Positions 11,262 through 24,099 of a stretch of 29,020 nucleotides of DNA are shown here, piece by piece. A program made the translations under genes and the position numbers. Source of the DNA: Bugula neritina (taxonomy: Eukaryota > Animalia > Bryozoa); contig CAXIUT010000282.1 in assembly GCA_964035545.1 (NCBI GenBank), forward strand, positions 28,822 through 57,841, in the 5' to 3' direction. The notes below the pieces were generated by a model. That model did no database searches and was not told the DNA's origin. It worked only from the letters and a program-made list of their open reading frames with translations. Position 1 is the first letter of the stretch. Each line of letters opens with the position of its first letter.

Positions 11262-14200
11262 ATGTCAAAGAAACCATTCTATAAAGGCAAGAACAAACCT
11301 ACTGCTAAGGTCAGCAAAGAAGGAGAATTCGGAGATTAAAGAAGCTCTCCTTTCATCAGTGAATACATTGGTAAACTAAAATACGGTAATTTTTGTTTAA
11401 GATAGAATTGTAAAAATTAAAAACTATCTTGTTTCAGTGGTCCACTGCTTCAGGTAAATTGACCCACTTTGGAAAAAAAGATATTCAAATCATCAAAGAA
11501 TATCTCAAACACCAATATGATTATTACCAATATGATCAATTTGATAGTAATTTCTAGCTTCTTCCCAATATCCACAACATCAACTACTCGCAAATAACCG
11601 ATGAAAGCCTCATCTACAAATCCTTTACCCTTTTCAAACAAGCTTCTTGGCCTATCAGATTTAACTCCAAGTTCATTGCTAGAATTAATGACTACAACAT
11701 CAATCAAGTATTGTACTCTTTGGGATTTGTTTACTTCCTTGCCTGTGGAAATTTCAATTCTAAAAGTTCTTTTAGGCATCAATATGGATATGTAAGGCCT
11801 CTTCACGTTCGATGCCCCTCTTTCAATCGCTTCTTTGTAGTCAAAATATTTAAAGAGAAGAATATGTTTATACATATAGGAGTTGAAAAGATTCCAGTGG
11901 TTAAGGGAGGTGTGATAAAAAGGTATTAATTTAAAAATTATATAAACTTTTTAGATGTTTTGGGTGACATGTATGTAGAAAATAAAAACAAATTCGATGA
12001 AAGAATAAACGTATTCAAATAGCAAATATTCACAGATGTGGCAAGAAAAGATCACAGTGAATAACTTTAAACTGACAAACAAACTTTTTCTAAAAAAACA
12101 AACTATCTTTTCACTGAAATATTCAACGAATACACTTAGAGAAGTTAATTTTACGATACTACTTTAAGCGATAGCACAACATTATATTACCATCCTCTAC
12201 CTTTCAAAACCAACTACATCTCAACAACTGAAATGTCAACTATGATTTTTGATGATAAAATCAAAAGATGGCTATCAAAAGATCATCTCAACTATATGGA
12301 AAGAAAGAAAATTGCTTAATATCAAAAACAAATCAGTAATTCAATGATTAAACGCTTTGTTGATTTTCAAAGTGCAAAAACTTTGGTAGAACTCTTAACT
12401 AAGATCCCTAACTTCAAAATCAACTTGACTTAACAGTAAAAAAATGTTATAGGTTAAAATGGAAATGTTCTTGTCATAGGTAGAAGCGGAACAGGTAAAA
12501 CAACTTGTGCTGTCTTAAGATTATTTTCAATATAAATGTTGTTTAAAATCAGATTATCTATCTACAAAAAGAAATATTAATAAACAGTTAAAGATGTTAG
12601 ATGTGATTCTAATGATATTGAAGGTGCATTGGGATTACATTGTATCTTTTTGACTGCTTCTCCGGTATTGACTCATTAAATTCAAAGATATTATAAAAAA
12701 CTTACCAATAATATCAAAAGTTAACTTTAAAAGAAAAAGAAAAAAGTTTAAGAATAAAAACAAAAGAAAAGAATGGAAAAATAAATGGAATAAATTAAAT
12801 AAAAATAATAAAAAAGTTAAATTTCTTTTGAAGATCTTAATGATGAAGAAGAAATAAAATAAAAAGTTGAAGAATAAAAAGTATAAATATTAAATGATAA
12901 AGAAGAAGTTCCTTAAAATTTAATAAAAACCTAAAGTCAAAAATCTGTATAAAATATTGAAGAATAAGAACATTTGAATGAATAGTTCAAAGATATCTAA
13001 CTTAAAGAAGACATGTAAAATGAAAACTTTGATTAAAAATAATAAGATATGGATGAAATGAAGGTAAAATTCTAATAAAATATGAAAAAATATCATAATC
13101 TATATGACTTATAAGAAAAAGATTATCCTGGATTTTTTACAGTTAAAAGTTTCATTATGATGATCGATGGAGTCCTTCCTAAACCATTTTTTATCAGAAG
13201 CAAAAATTCTATTATTAATCAAGATTCTCAAGCTTCTTGGCATAATGAAAGAAAAGGAATAATGATGATTTAAAACTATTATAAAAATGAAGAATCAGAA
13301 GAAAAAGATATTGATCTTAAATAAATAGAATAATAAATAAATTATTCAGATGAAGAAGAATTATAACATGAATATCTTAGACAAATTCAATTGAAGTAGA
13401 AGAAATAAAAACAAAATTTAACAAAAAAACTATAAAAAAATAAAGCTAAACAAGTTTTATCTTTTGAGGTTGATTATGATTACTTTTTAGTTCATTTTTG
13501 GCCAAGAGTTGTTCGAAAATATTATAGTGCCAGAAATATAACTCCTCATCTAGTATGGACATAGATCTATTCAACTATCAAAGGATCAGCCCAAGCACAT
13601 CAATATCCAACTCAATTTTTAACTCAAAATGCCTATATGGATCTCACTACTAACACCTTCTTAACTAGATAATAAAAACTTGATATTTATTAGACTTTCT
13701 GTCAATACTAAAGATGGAAAATCAGAGCCGGAGGATATGATATCATGGATACAGTTAACTATATTCTTAACTATATTCGATTCAGATCCTATGATGGACC
13801 ATAAATTCACTATGTGATGATAGATTAAGTTCAAGATTTGCCTCATGCTATTGTCTATCTCTTCTCTAAGATAGCAAACTATGGAGTATTTTATTCAGGA
13901 GATACTGCTCAAACTATAGCTAAAGGAGTTGGATTCAGATTTTGTGACTTAAGAACACTCTTCAATCCAAAAGTATTCGATGCTTCAATATCTCTAAAAG
14001 CACCTACAACAAAACACTTAACTATCAACTTCAGATCACATAATAATATACTGCAGTTGGCTAATTCAATTGTATCATCAATTTAGATATTATTTCCTAA
14101 AACAATAGATAAAATGAAGAAATAAATATCTGACCTTCATGGTCCTAAACCTATGATTTTACCTTCTAGTGATTAATAGTTGCTATTTTATATTTTATGC

Positions 14201-17200
14201 GGAGGATAAGAAAAAAAACCTGTTTAAGGATAAAATGGACTAAAAAAGAGTCCTCTTGAATTCGGATGTGATCAAGTTATCATAGTCAGAGACCAGGAAA
14301 GTAAAAGTAAAATACCAGCTATGCTTCAACATGCTCTTTGTTTGACTATCTATTAAGCCAAAGGTTTAGAGTTCAATGATGTTATTCTATTCAACTTTTT
14401 TGCAGAGAGTCCTTGTCATGAGAAATGGAATATGCTAAAAACTTTAGATGTAGCCACATCTGAAATACCCAAAGAAGAGTATGAACAAAATTTATCAAAA
14501 CATAATAAAAAATAGTAGAATTAGCCATAAAAATAAAAATAAAAAGAAAAGGAAAATGAGAAAATAACATAGATGGAGTAATATACAGAATAAGTCAACG
14601 TTGATTAGAAGTTCAATAAATAAACAAACACTTATTCTGTAAAGAAAATAACAACCAATAGATACCGTAATTCTAATAAAGACATCAATGACTTCGCATA
14701 ACTTTGTTCCTAATTAAAACTTCTTTACACTGCAGTAACAAGACCAAGAAAAACATTAATCATCTATGATCATGGATAATGCCCAGCGAGATCATGTCTA
14801 TAAAGACTATGGTAAAGACTTGATGTAATAGAAGTTATAACTAAAAAACTAGTAGCACAATCAAGTGAAAAATAAAATCAAAGATAATAAGTAAAAATAT
14901 TTAATAAAATAATAACTTCTACTGACAACGAATCTTGGAAACAGCAAGGTTTAAAGATGTACACTCGTGGATATTTCGATCAGGCAATGAAATGTTTCTA
15001 GAGAAGTGGACATTTATAGTTATTCAAGAAGGCATAAGCCAATAAAAGTGCAGATGATGCTACTAAAAAATTGATATAGATATAATCATAAAGAAATGCA
15101 ATGAAGCAGGAATTTCATTTTTACAAAGAAATGACTAATAATTAATTATCAAAAATAAAAAAGAAACTTAAGAGAGAGGAAATTGAAGCTATTGATAATT
15201 TTAGATTAGCTGGTAATCTTTTTTCAGATTTGATGATGTTCAAACAAGCTGGTCAGTGCTACTTCAGTGGTAAATTCTTTTAAAAAGCATTCGAATGTTT
15301 TTGCAAATGTTTCATGAACAAACAAGCTGCCTAGTCATTATAAATGCAAAATAAATATAGAGAGGCAGCTGAATATTATTAAAAAGATGATAACTATTTG
15401 AAAGTTATTTAATGTTTAGATTTAATAAACGAATGGACAAGTATCCTTTAAGTGATTCAAAAATATTCAGATAAAATGATTTAATATTAAAAACAAGCTT
15501 TACTCAAAAAATATTCAGCTTTAGCTTTGGAAGAATTAGTATATTAAATATAATTTTAAAATTAATAAGAATAAAATAAACCTGAAAACAACAAAGTTTA
15601 GATTATTTAGGAAAGATAGAGTGATTAATAAGAAGAATGGGATTCAGATTAAGATCCTTAAATGGCTGCATAAAGATAATACTAAAGAAAATTATCTGAA
15701 TAAATGAGTAGTAATGATCCATCAAGAAAAGCTTCAGAAGTATAATAATAAAAAATAACCTAAATTAAATAATCTGTCTATCAAACTTTAGGATAATCAA
15801 TTAAACCTCAGAATTAACTTCAATAAAAATCAAAAAGTGAAGACGTTTCTGCATCTTTTTCAGATCTAAATGATAGCAAAGTTGAAGTTTAAAAAAAATA
15901 ATAAGAAATTTAAAAACAATAAGGACCTAAAAGTGTATAGATGTCTTTTGGAGATCTTAATGAATCAACATAAAAACCACAACTTCTACAATAAAGTACA
16001 ATGAAACAAGAAATTAAAAATTAGACTGATAAATTGGACATTCTCTCATTATAATCAAGTTTTGGTGACCTAAATTCAAAATACGATACCTAGATGTAAC
16101 CTGATCTATAAAGTATTAAATCCATGGTCGATCCTGATGACGTTTGGGTCAAAAATTCAATTTCATAAATCGGAAAGAAACTTCATTCAGAATATTCAGT
16201 TATTGATGACCAAGAATAAAATTATAATCTCAATGTTAAAATCATCAAAACTAAAGGTAATATATTTGTACAAGATTAAATCATGAAAAAAATTATCAAA
16301 CTTGTCTCAATTATTAATACATCAGTCAGCTAGTTCTTCAAACAATTCAAAGGATATCAATCTCTTATTACTGTCAATCAAAAATAATAAGGATAAGAAC
16401 CCATCGATCTCCCTTAAATTTCATAATTTTAAGATATTGATTCCAAGTTTATCAATATCATACTTGATACTCTTGAATCTTTTAAACTTTTTAAATTATG
16501 TCTTTTTGTCTGTAATAGGTATCACTTACCTGCCAAAGCAGGCCGATATCTTATCTCTTTAGGTCTTAAGTATTCAACTAATTGTCAATCAAATAACAAT
16601 GTCAATCCTATCTTATTAGCTCCTAGTGTTTTCAGAAAAACATAAATATAAAAAGGTATTTTGGCATCTATTGCTCTTCATGCGATTTACTAGAACGTAA
16701 ATGCTGATTTTTTGAAAGTGAAAGTAGTTGAAAAGGAATAGTAAAATAAAAATTCATTGGGAACTTACTTTATTCAAGGTCTTATTTTATAAGGAATGTA
16801 TAAAAAAGCTGTCTTTATGGTTAATCCTCAATAATCTTTGAAAATATTATCAAACTTTTATGATTTTGATGCCTATAAAAGCATCTACTATCAAAAAATA
16901 CTCAAAAAATAAATAAAATAAACCAATTAGTTTTCTGAAAAAGTTCCTAAAAGTCAACATGAACTATCATATTCTATCATGATGTTAAAAAAAGTTTTAT
17001 TCGATATCTCTGTAGTTCACAAATTTTAAGCTATAAGTCTTAGATACTACAAATAATTTAATCATCACCTTCATGATTATAAAAAGCTTCAATAGTATAA
17101 AATACCATCTTATTTACCTTACACTAAACTGCTAATATAAGATCATGAAGGATTCATTAGTCAGTTTAAAACTTTAATTCCTTCTTCTTTTGAAATACTT

Positions 17201-19429
17201 CAAAAGGGAACTCTTTTATAAATACTAGATTTTGTTGGTATTTTTATGATAGTTATTCAGAATGAAGACTACCAATCAGCAATAGTTAAATAATTCAATA
17301 ACAACTAATTTTTATAACTGTATAGATGTGCTAAATAAATCCAAATAGTTTTGAAAAAGATCAAAGGAAAAAAAGCTATCTAAATTCTAGAATCAGTTCT
17401 CTTTATGTATCAATGTTTTAAAACCAATTATTGTAAATCAATGAATTTTATCAATGATATCTACTGTTTTGTTCATAGGACATCTATAGTTACTAATGAA
17501 CTAGTATAAAATCCTAAAACTAATGTAGGATAATTTGCTTTCTTCTTTGAACAAGAATACAATCTAATTCTTACTAAAATATCTAGAGTTACTAGAATAA
17601 TAAGCAAAAAATATGAAAATTCATTGATAAAAATATATAATAAAAAGAAAAATTTCAAAAAATATTTTTACAACTAACTTCCTTAAGATTTTATCAATTT
17701 ACAAGAATAATAAATGCTTAGAATGGTTATAGCTCATGAAATAGAATTAATTATAGACCCTAAACAGAAAAAAAAAGTATAAAAAGAAGAAAAAACTAAA
17801 AAAACTAAAAACAAAATATTGTCTTATGATTTCAAATATAGAGGAAAAGATAAATATGTTGTAGATTTAGGAAAAGAGAATTCAAGTGATTAAGAATAAT
17901 AGAAAATATTTGACTTTAAGTAATATTTGTTCTATCGACCTAATTTCAATACTAAACTCAATTATTTCCTACCAGCTATCATTGATATCTTCCTTGAACA
18001 CTCTAAAAATGCTAAAGAAATAGTATAAGGTAGATAGTTATATTGTTCTAATTTGAATAGTTTTTACAAAGAATATACAACTAGAAAAGGAGGTTTTAAT
18101 CTTTATGATGCTGTAGAGTTTAAAAAGTTCAAAAGAGTTGATCTCTATGCTTAGAATATCTTGTCAGTGGTAGATAGTTTGCCTCTTTATCCAAAACATT
18201 GCTTTTTTGTCTAAAATTTAACTTTACTATTGATTCAATATAAAGCTTTAGAAGAACCTAAGGGTTCAAGTCTGAAAGTAACAAAAAACTAATTGAAATA
18301 TTTCGAAGGTCTCTAATTTAAAAAGCTAAAAAATGGATAATAGAAATAACATTAAAAACTAACTACTTAATAAATAAGATAATTACTAAATGATGACCAA
18401 TAATGTGTCTTCAAATACAACAACAGCTATGTATGTGAAATGAATCTTGCATAATTGAGTAATTTAATTTGTGATTATTTGGAATACATAAAAGAATAAT
18501 AAATATCAAAATTTGTTAAATTTGATACTCTAATTCTTAGTTATATAATCAACATAGATAGTAGTGACTAAATCTCTGACGTTTTAAGAAAAATAGTAAC
18601 AACGTATGCTAAATATTGGGATATTTAGACTTTATTCCCTCTCATATAAAGCAAAAACGTAAGATAATTTAACTAAAAAAGAAAATATTTACTATAAGCT
18701 TAATATAAAACTATCAATGAAAAATTACATACAATAGAAATCAATAATATAGGAAATTTAAAGAAATCTATCTAAGAAAGTTAATTTGATTACTAGGTAT
18801 AAAATAGAATCCTTGAAGGTAAAAAGAAAGCAGCTAAAAAGATCATAAAATGGTGGAAACAAAAAAAGATTTAACTAAGATAAAAGAAAAAATCAGGTAC
18901 TTATCTATAATTAGCAGTCTAATAATCAAATAGTCTACAAGCTAGAAAACCTGATACCATTCGAGATATCAGACTTTATCAATCAATTTACAAAGATAGA
19001 AACATGCTACAATAAATAAGTTTCTTAGTAACTATATAAAAATCAAAAGATGAGTTACTTTCATTTTTACTGACCAATACTATCAGTTCATCACTTGATT
19101 TTCATTTTGTATTGATGAGTCTCAACAAAATCTAAGAATGCAAACAGCATTACATCTAGTATTGTGGATGGGATCCTGAAGAAATACATGAGTTTGATAT
19201 TGAATAAATAAAAAATGAGATGAATTAGTTAAAACAAACTATTGAAATTTGGAAGAAAGATGAGAAATGGATGAGATAAAAGCATTTGAATTTGAAAAAG
19301 AAGAAAGTATTTGAAGTAAAATGGATGACTAAAAATTTACATTTCAGTAATATTCTTAAAAAAAGACAAGGCTTAAAAAAACAATAAATATTACAGAAGA
19401 AAAAAGCTCTTATTAAACGTCAAAAATGA
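11262..19429 (+). CDS. TRANK1/LBA1-like UvrD-family (SF1) helicase with TPR-like repeats, 2715 aa
   Basis: One intron (11386-11405), then ~8 kb with no TGA in frame. Walker A GRSGTGKTT, FLTASPVL, LVWTEIYSTIKGS, Walker B MIDEVQDL, GDTAQTIAKGVGFRF, LTINFRSHNNIL, LTIYEAKGLEFNDVILFNFF, ELKLLYTAVTRPR, then WKQQG..AMKCFERSG TPR-like repeats. Confidence 0.92.
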
Positions 19430-19490
19430 TCATATCATATCATCAATCATATCATATCATCAACTATATCATATCATCAATTATATCAAT
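19429..19490 (+). repeat. Short degenerate (ATCAT/ATATC) tandem repeat in the helicase 3' UTR / intergenic spacer
   Basis: atcatatcatatcatcaatcatatcatatcatcaactatatcatatcatcaattatatcaat: about three copies of a 16-17-nt unit. Confidence 0.7.
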
Positions 19491-19515
19491 ATTTATTCAA
19501 TAATCAAATTAAAAT

Positions 19516-20011
19516 ATGCAAGAACGGGCTTCAAATAACTATCGAGAGGCTTTGCAATAAATATTCAGTAACTTTAGAACAAAGACCTCAAGCGGAAGTT
19601 AATATACAGTTAACATCAAAGACATCTAAGCCTATTTCACCAAAATGAAAAGTATTTGACATATTAGTTAGATGAAAAGAAAGATCTTGGATGCAATATC
19701 TTTTAAAACAAAATAAAAAGATTACCATAAGGAAAGAAAATAATGAACTAATACTAATTCCAACAATATTTTAACTAAGACGTAACTAAAGTACATTTCT
19801 ATTGATTTAGCTATCACACTTTGAAGATATTTTCGATGCAATTGATACAGATAACACTCAATACATAAGCAAAAAGGAGTTGAAGCAGTTGATTCGCAAA
19901 TTTAATTTATAATACACCTAAAAAGACGTCAATTTGATGATGTAGGTTGCATCAAGTGATGGCGATAAGGTATCGAAACAAGAACTGGCAAACTTTTTAT
20001 GTAAATATTGA
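19516..20011 (+). CDS. Divergent calmodulin/centrin-like EF-hand protein (151 aa)
   Basis: Introns 19652-19671 and 19791-19810. FEDIFDAIDTDNTQYISKKELKQLIRKF..YTEKDVNLMMEVASSDGDKVSKQELANFL is an EF-hand pair; the N-lobe EF-hands are degenerate. Confidence 0.85.
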
Positions 20012-20067
20012 AAAGCATGATAACTATTACCAGATTTAATCCAATGAATTATAATTATTATTAAAAT

Positions 20068-22755
20068 ATGATGTTACCAAATTCACTCCATGAATAAATA
20101 TCTACAAGGTATCAATATTCAAAAGATAAACCAATCGAAGAAAAATAAAACTTTTGGGTCTTCAATGCGGTCCACAACGACTTGGGAATCGATGTCACTT
20201 TAAAAGTTATCAAAGGACATCCTCAATAAATGGTCAAGTATCTTAGAAAACTCAAAGAATGTAAAGTTTAAAATGTTATCAAAATATACTAACTGTTTGA
20301 TAATTAAGAAGGACTTTTCATCACCACTGAACCTATTACCTTTGGAAACCTTAAATTTGGATTATCTAGGTGTAAAAAATTAGATGATTTTGATGCCATC
20401 TTTATGTCAAGATTACTACTGACTGTTCATGTAGATCTCATGAGAGCTGGTCTCAACTGGTTTGGCACTGAATAAGATATCTAATTCACAGATAACGGCT
20501 TAAGACTCTCTTGGAACAACTCTATTCCCTATGAAACTGACACTCCTTTTCCTCTTATCCTGAGTAAAATAGCTGGAAAAATATCTGAAGTTCAATAACA
20601 AAAAATTCTACCCTTTCCTACTAGCAAAGTCTTAAACGATTTGGTAAACATCAGTGGAGCAAATGCTTCATAGATAAGCATGAACAGCAATATGAAGAAA
20701 AGAGAAAAGGTATCAAAGAAGAAAGGTAAAAATTGGGTTTGTCTAAAATAATATAAACTAGATTTTGATTATTACTAAGAATATGTCTATTTTAGCATTC
20801 ACAAAGAAATAGGTTTTGCTCGGGTAAAAAGTTACAATGCTGGCAGAGTCGATTAGGATGTAATAAATTTGAATAAAACAAAAACAACTTTTACTAAAGT
20901 GATTGATTACTACAACTAAGCTGGTAAAAGCTATATCGTATCAGAATATAGTAACGATGGATCTTTATTCAACTACGTAAATAAACTAAAATCAAATTCT
21001 ATTGCCTTAAAATAATAACAAATATAATTTTTCTTTTACTCCTTATTTGAACCTCTAAAAGTCATTCAAGATTCATCGATAAAATCACTTTCCATGCTTC
21101 ATATCAAAAATATCTACATCTAGAATGGAATTCCTAAGATAGGATAGCCAGTTCCCATGAACAAATAACTAAAATAACAACTAAGATAGAAATCATAGGT
21201 ACCTGATTTCTACCATCCAGGATTCAAAAAAAATCCTAACTAAAAAATAAACACCTTCGATACCTACTCTCTTGGCGTACTCCTATATAAATTAATGTAC
21301 ACTTAGTATCCTATCTTTCCTCAAGGAAAAGTACACATCCCTACTACTCCACCTTACAACAGAAGATTAAAAACAACACTAGAAATCTTTTTAAATTAAG
21401 GCGGATTACTAAAATAATTAGAAAAAAAGATATAAGTCAGCGATGAAGTAGCCAAACAAGTCAAATTAAATAAAGGCAAATTACTACAACAAAAAAAGAA
21501 AAATCAAAGAAATAAAGTAGGCAGAATCTAAGAATTGGATTCATAAATATAACTACAATAAAAGAAATAAAAAAAGAAGATTAAGATACATAAGTTCAAA
21601 TTTAGTAATAAGAATAAAACTAATAAGATGAGTAGTGTTGCAAATTATGTTGTGCTCAGTTAGACGATCCAGTAAAACATCGAAGTTTTATGCTAGATTC
21701 ACTAGAATAATCTCCATATTCAAGCTATCGTCTCTGCACAAAAATAATATGCATATTAATACTGTACATATTTCTTTTTTATTTCTTCTTCATCAAAAAT
21801 ACCATCTCCATGCTCTCGAATTACTCCGACCTGTCTCGTTTAAATGTAACCATCTCAACTGTAAACTATCAAATCACTGCCTCATAACCCGACAACTTCT
21901 ACAAAATCTTCAACATAACCGACCGCTCCCTATCCTCGCTCTAAAATACCGGCTGCTTTATCAACAACCACAACAACAATCCCGACTACTCCTAAACAGC
22001 CATTCAGACCTCATTCCAAATATACATCATATTCGGACTCGTAGTGATGGGTAACTTTTGTATCATTTAGTTGCAATACTAGTAATCAAGTTGATCCAGT
22101 TAAACAATTTTGATCTCATTCGCACCTTGTACAACATGAGCAACGTCAAAGCCAATTTCAATATGAGTAACTATCTTATTTTCAACTTCCTCTTTTGCTC
22201 GTTTGTCAACGATCACTATATCTTCTGGAATATGGTCTTTAATACCATCACTGATACCTGTCTAGGAGTCAAACAGTCCTATTATTTTGGATCTACTCAT
22301 ACATACTTTTCAGATAGTACTATGGTATATACTATTTAACATAGTTTCTAGTTGTTTTCGCCCTAACATTTGTTTTACATTTCATAGCACTGTTATTAAT
22401 GCTAATAATGATAGTAAAAACCTTGTCGATAAGATACACTAGAATATTCAACCCAATTCTTCTTTTTCTTCCGATCGTCATCTGCTACACTGTCATTGTC
22501 AGAGTAGGAGTAATATCATAATATTTCTATCCTAGGTATTAATAATGATAACATAGTTTGATGAAAGACCTCACAATATATGGATAATTTTTCAAATCAA
22601 TATCCTATATCAACATCTTAGGCATAATCCCCTAAATATTATTTTTACTAGAATTCCTCCTAGAATTACTAGTAGATTATCTCTTTTGGCTGACTTTTGA
22701 TAAAAAAAGAAGAATGATCATCAACGATCTCTCCACTGCCAACATCATGATCTGA
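20068..22755 (+). CDS. Tandem pseudokinase domains, acidic linker, CCKLCC and a multi-pass membrane domain (~875 aa if fused)
   Basis: Kinase-fold remnants: VTLKVIK..NVIKIYELFD..TEPITFGNL; YIVSEYSNDGSLFNY..LHIKNIYI..PKIGEP..DTYSLGVLLYKLMY. The membrane part has hydrophobic segments and introns 22051-22070, 22325-22344 and 22536-22556. Fusion requires a -1 correction at A7 21569-21575; otherwise these are two overlapping genes. Confidence 0.68.
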
Positions 22756-22816
22756 TCTTATAGCATTCATTATCAATTTGTATTATTAAATATTTTATAA
22801 TTATTTAGATGAGGAA

Positions 22817-23905
22817 TCAATTGTTTCTGTTGTAATAAGCAATTGGGTCAAGACCGTTTAAATTTTATACATAACTTGTTGGCTTCTTTCTAAAACTCAA
22901 TGATGGAAATTATGGGGAATCTTCTGGTGGAGGCAATTGAATCGGTTGAATTTCTTGATTGTTGTGGTAGTCTTGAAAATCTCTCAATTAGATCTCTCTT
23001 GATTCTTCTTACACTTTCTTTTTCTTTTTCTTACTCTTTTTTTACTTATCTGCGTTATATGCTGGACTTATTTCCAAAACTTCTTCAACTAGCAAGTTAT
23101 AATTTTAGATATATTCTTTCTCTCGATCCCCAAAAGAAGTTAATTTCCTAAAAATTGAATTCAATATCTTAGGATTTATCTTGATTTTAAGAATACCTGA
23201 AGCTTCCAGCCATTCTTGATACCCCTCCTTGAATTTTTGACTGACAGTTCTGAGGAAATAATTATAAATTCCTTCATTTGAGATATCATTAAGTGATCTT
23301 TTGGCATAAAAAGCACAAAATAGGAGATAAACTTGCATATTTCTAACAAGTCCATTGCTGCTTTAGGCTTATGGAATATGAATAAAAGGTTTAAAATCTA
23401 AAAGAACGTTAGTTATGATATTAGTGTCATATCTCCATTTAGATTCTTCAAAGACATACTCCAGGAAAAGTAATTAGAAACGATTAAGTAACAATTTTTT
23501 TGCCAAAGTAGAGAGGAAGCGCTAAATGAAGAAAGTTAGGAATGAAGAGTCAAGTTTATCTTTTAAATTATGGTAGGATAGAATTGCCATTCTGTGAATT
23601 ATGAGTCTGACTTTTTCATCGAACTGAAATTTTTCATACTCCAAACATTCTTGGGCGTACTTTTGACTATCAGGAATCATTTCTTCTTTTTTAAGGGTTT
23701 CTTATTTTATCTTGTTGTCTTGATTAAAGTTCTGGAATAGGTTGTTAATGCTTGAGTTTCTGCGGTAGTCAGGAATATTATGAGAGGAATTACGAGAAAG
23801 GAGCATGTTAAGGGGCGCATCAGCAAAGAGATCAGAGTTATTGGAGACCAGAATCAAGTTTTTGTCCCGGTTGTTGCTGGAATCTTGTTTTGGATGATGA
23901 CTCAT
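22817..23905 (-). CDS. Hypothetical protein (362 aa)
   Basis: Uninterrupted 1089-nt ORF MSHHPKQDSS...YYNRNN-TGA under table 30. It joins two fragments of the ORF track. Helical core FYAKRSLND..INPKILNSIFRKL..YNLLVEEVLEISPAY followed by a Lys-rich NLS-like run. Confidence 0.82.
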
Positions 23906-24099
23906 CTGTTTATTTATGATCAAAAATGAAAAGAATTATAAATCTTACTCAAATATAGCTTATACCTTCAATTTAACATTTAAAAACGATAAAATATACA
24001 AAAATCAACAACTATCACATAAATAAGCTACTATTAATTTGATATTTATGTCATTCACATTGTATATAATATCATTAGGGGCTATTCATCTCTATAAAC

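Noticed and set aside
11923-11954. Intron-like gtattaat...ttttag in the helicase gene
   Set aside because: The frame is open through it, and removing 32 nt creates an immediate TGA.
21576-22047. Frame-1 Ser/Thr/Pro-rich extension of the pseudokinase ORF overlapping the membrane domain (dual coding)
   Set aside because: With one stop codon, long off-frame ORFs are expected. Frame 3 has the coherent TM and sequon pattern and connects to consensus introns.
21421-23045. A_AAA_AAG as an obligatory -1 frameshift signal
   Set aside because: The same in-phase heptamer occurs without any frame change at 21421, ~23040 and within the helicase ORF.
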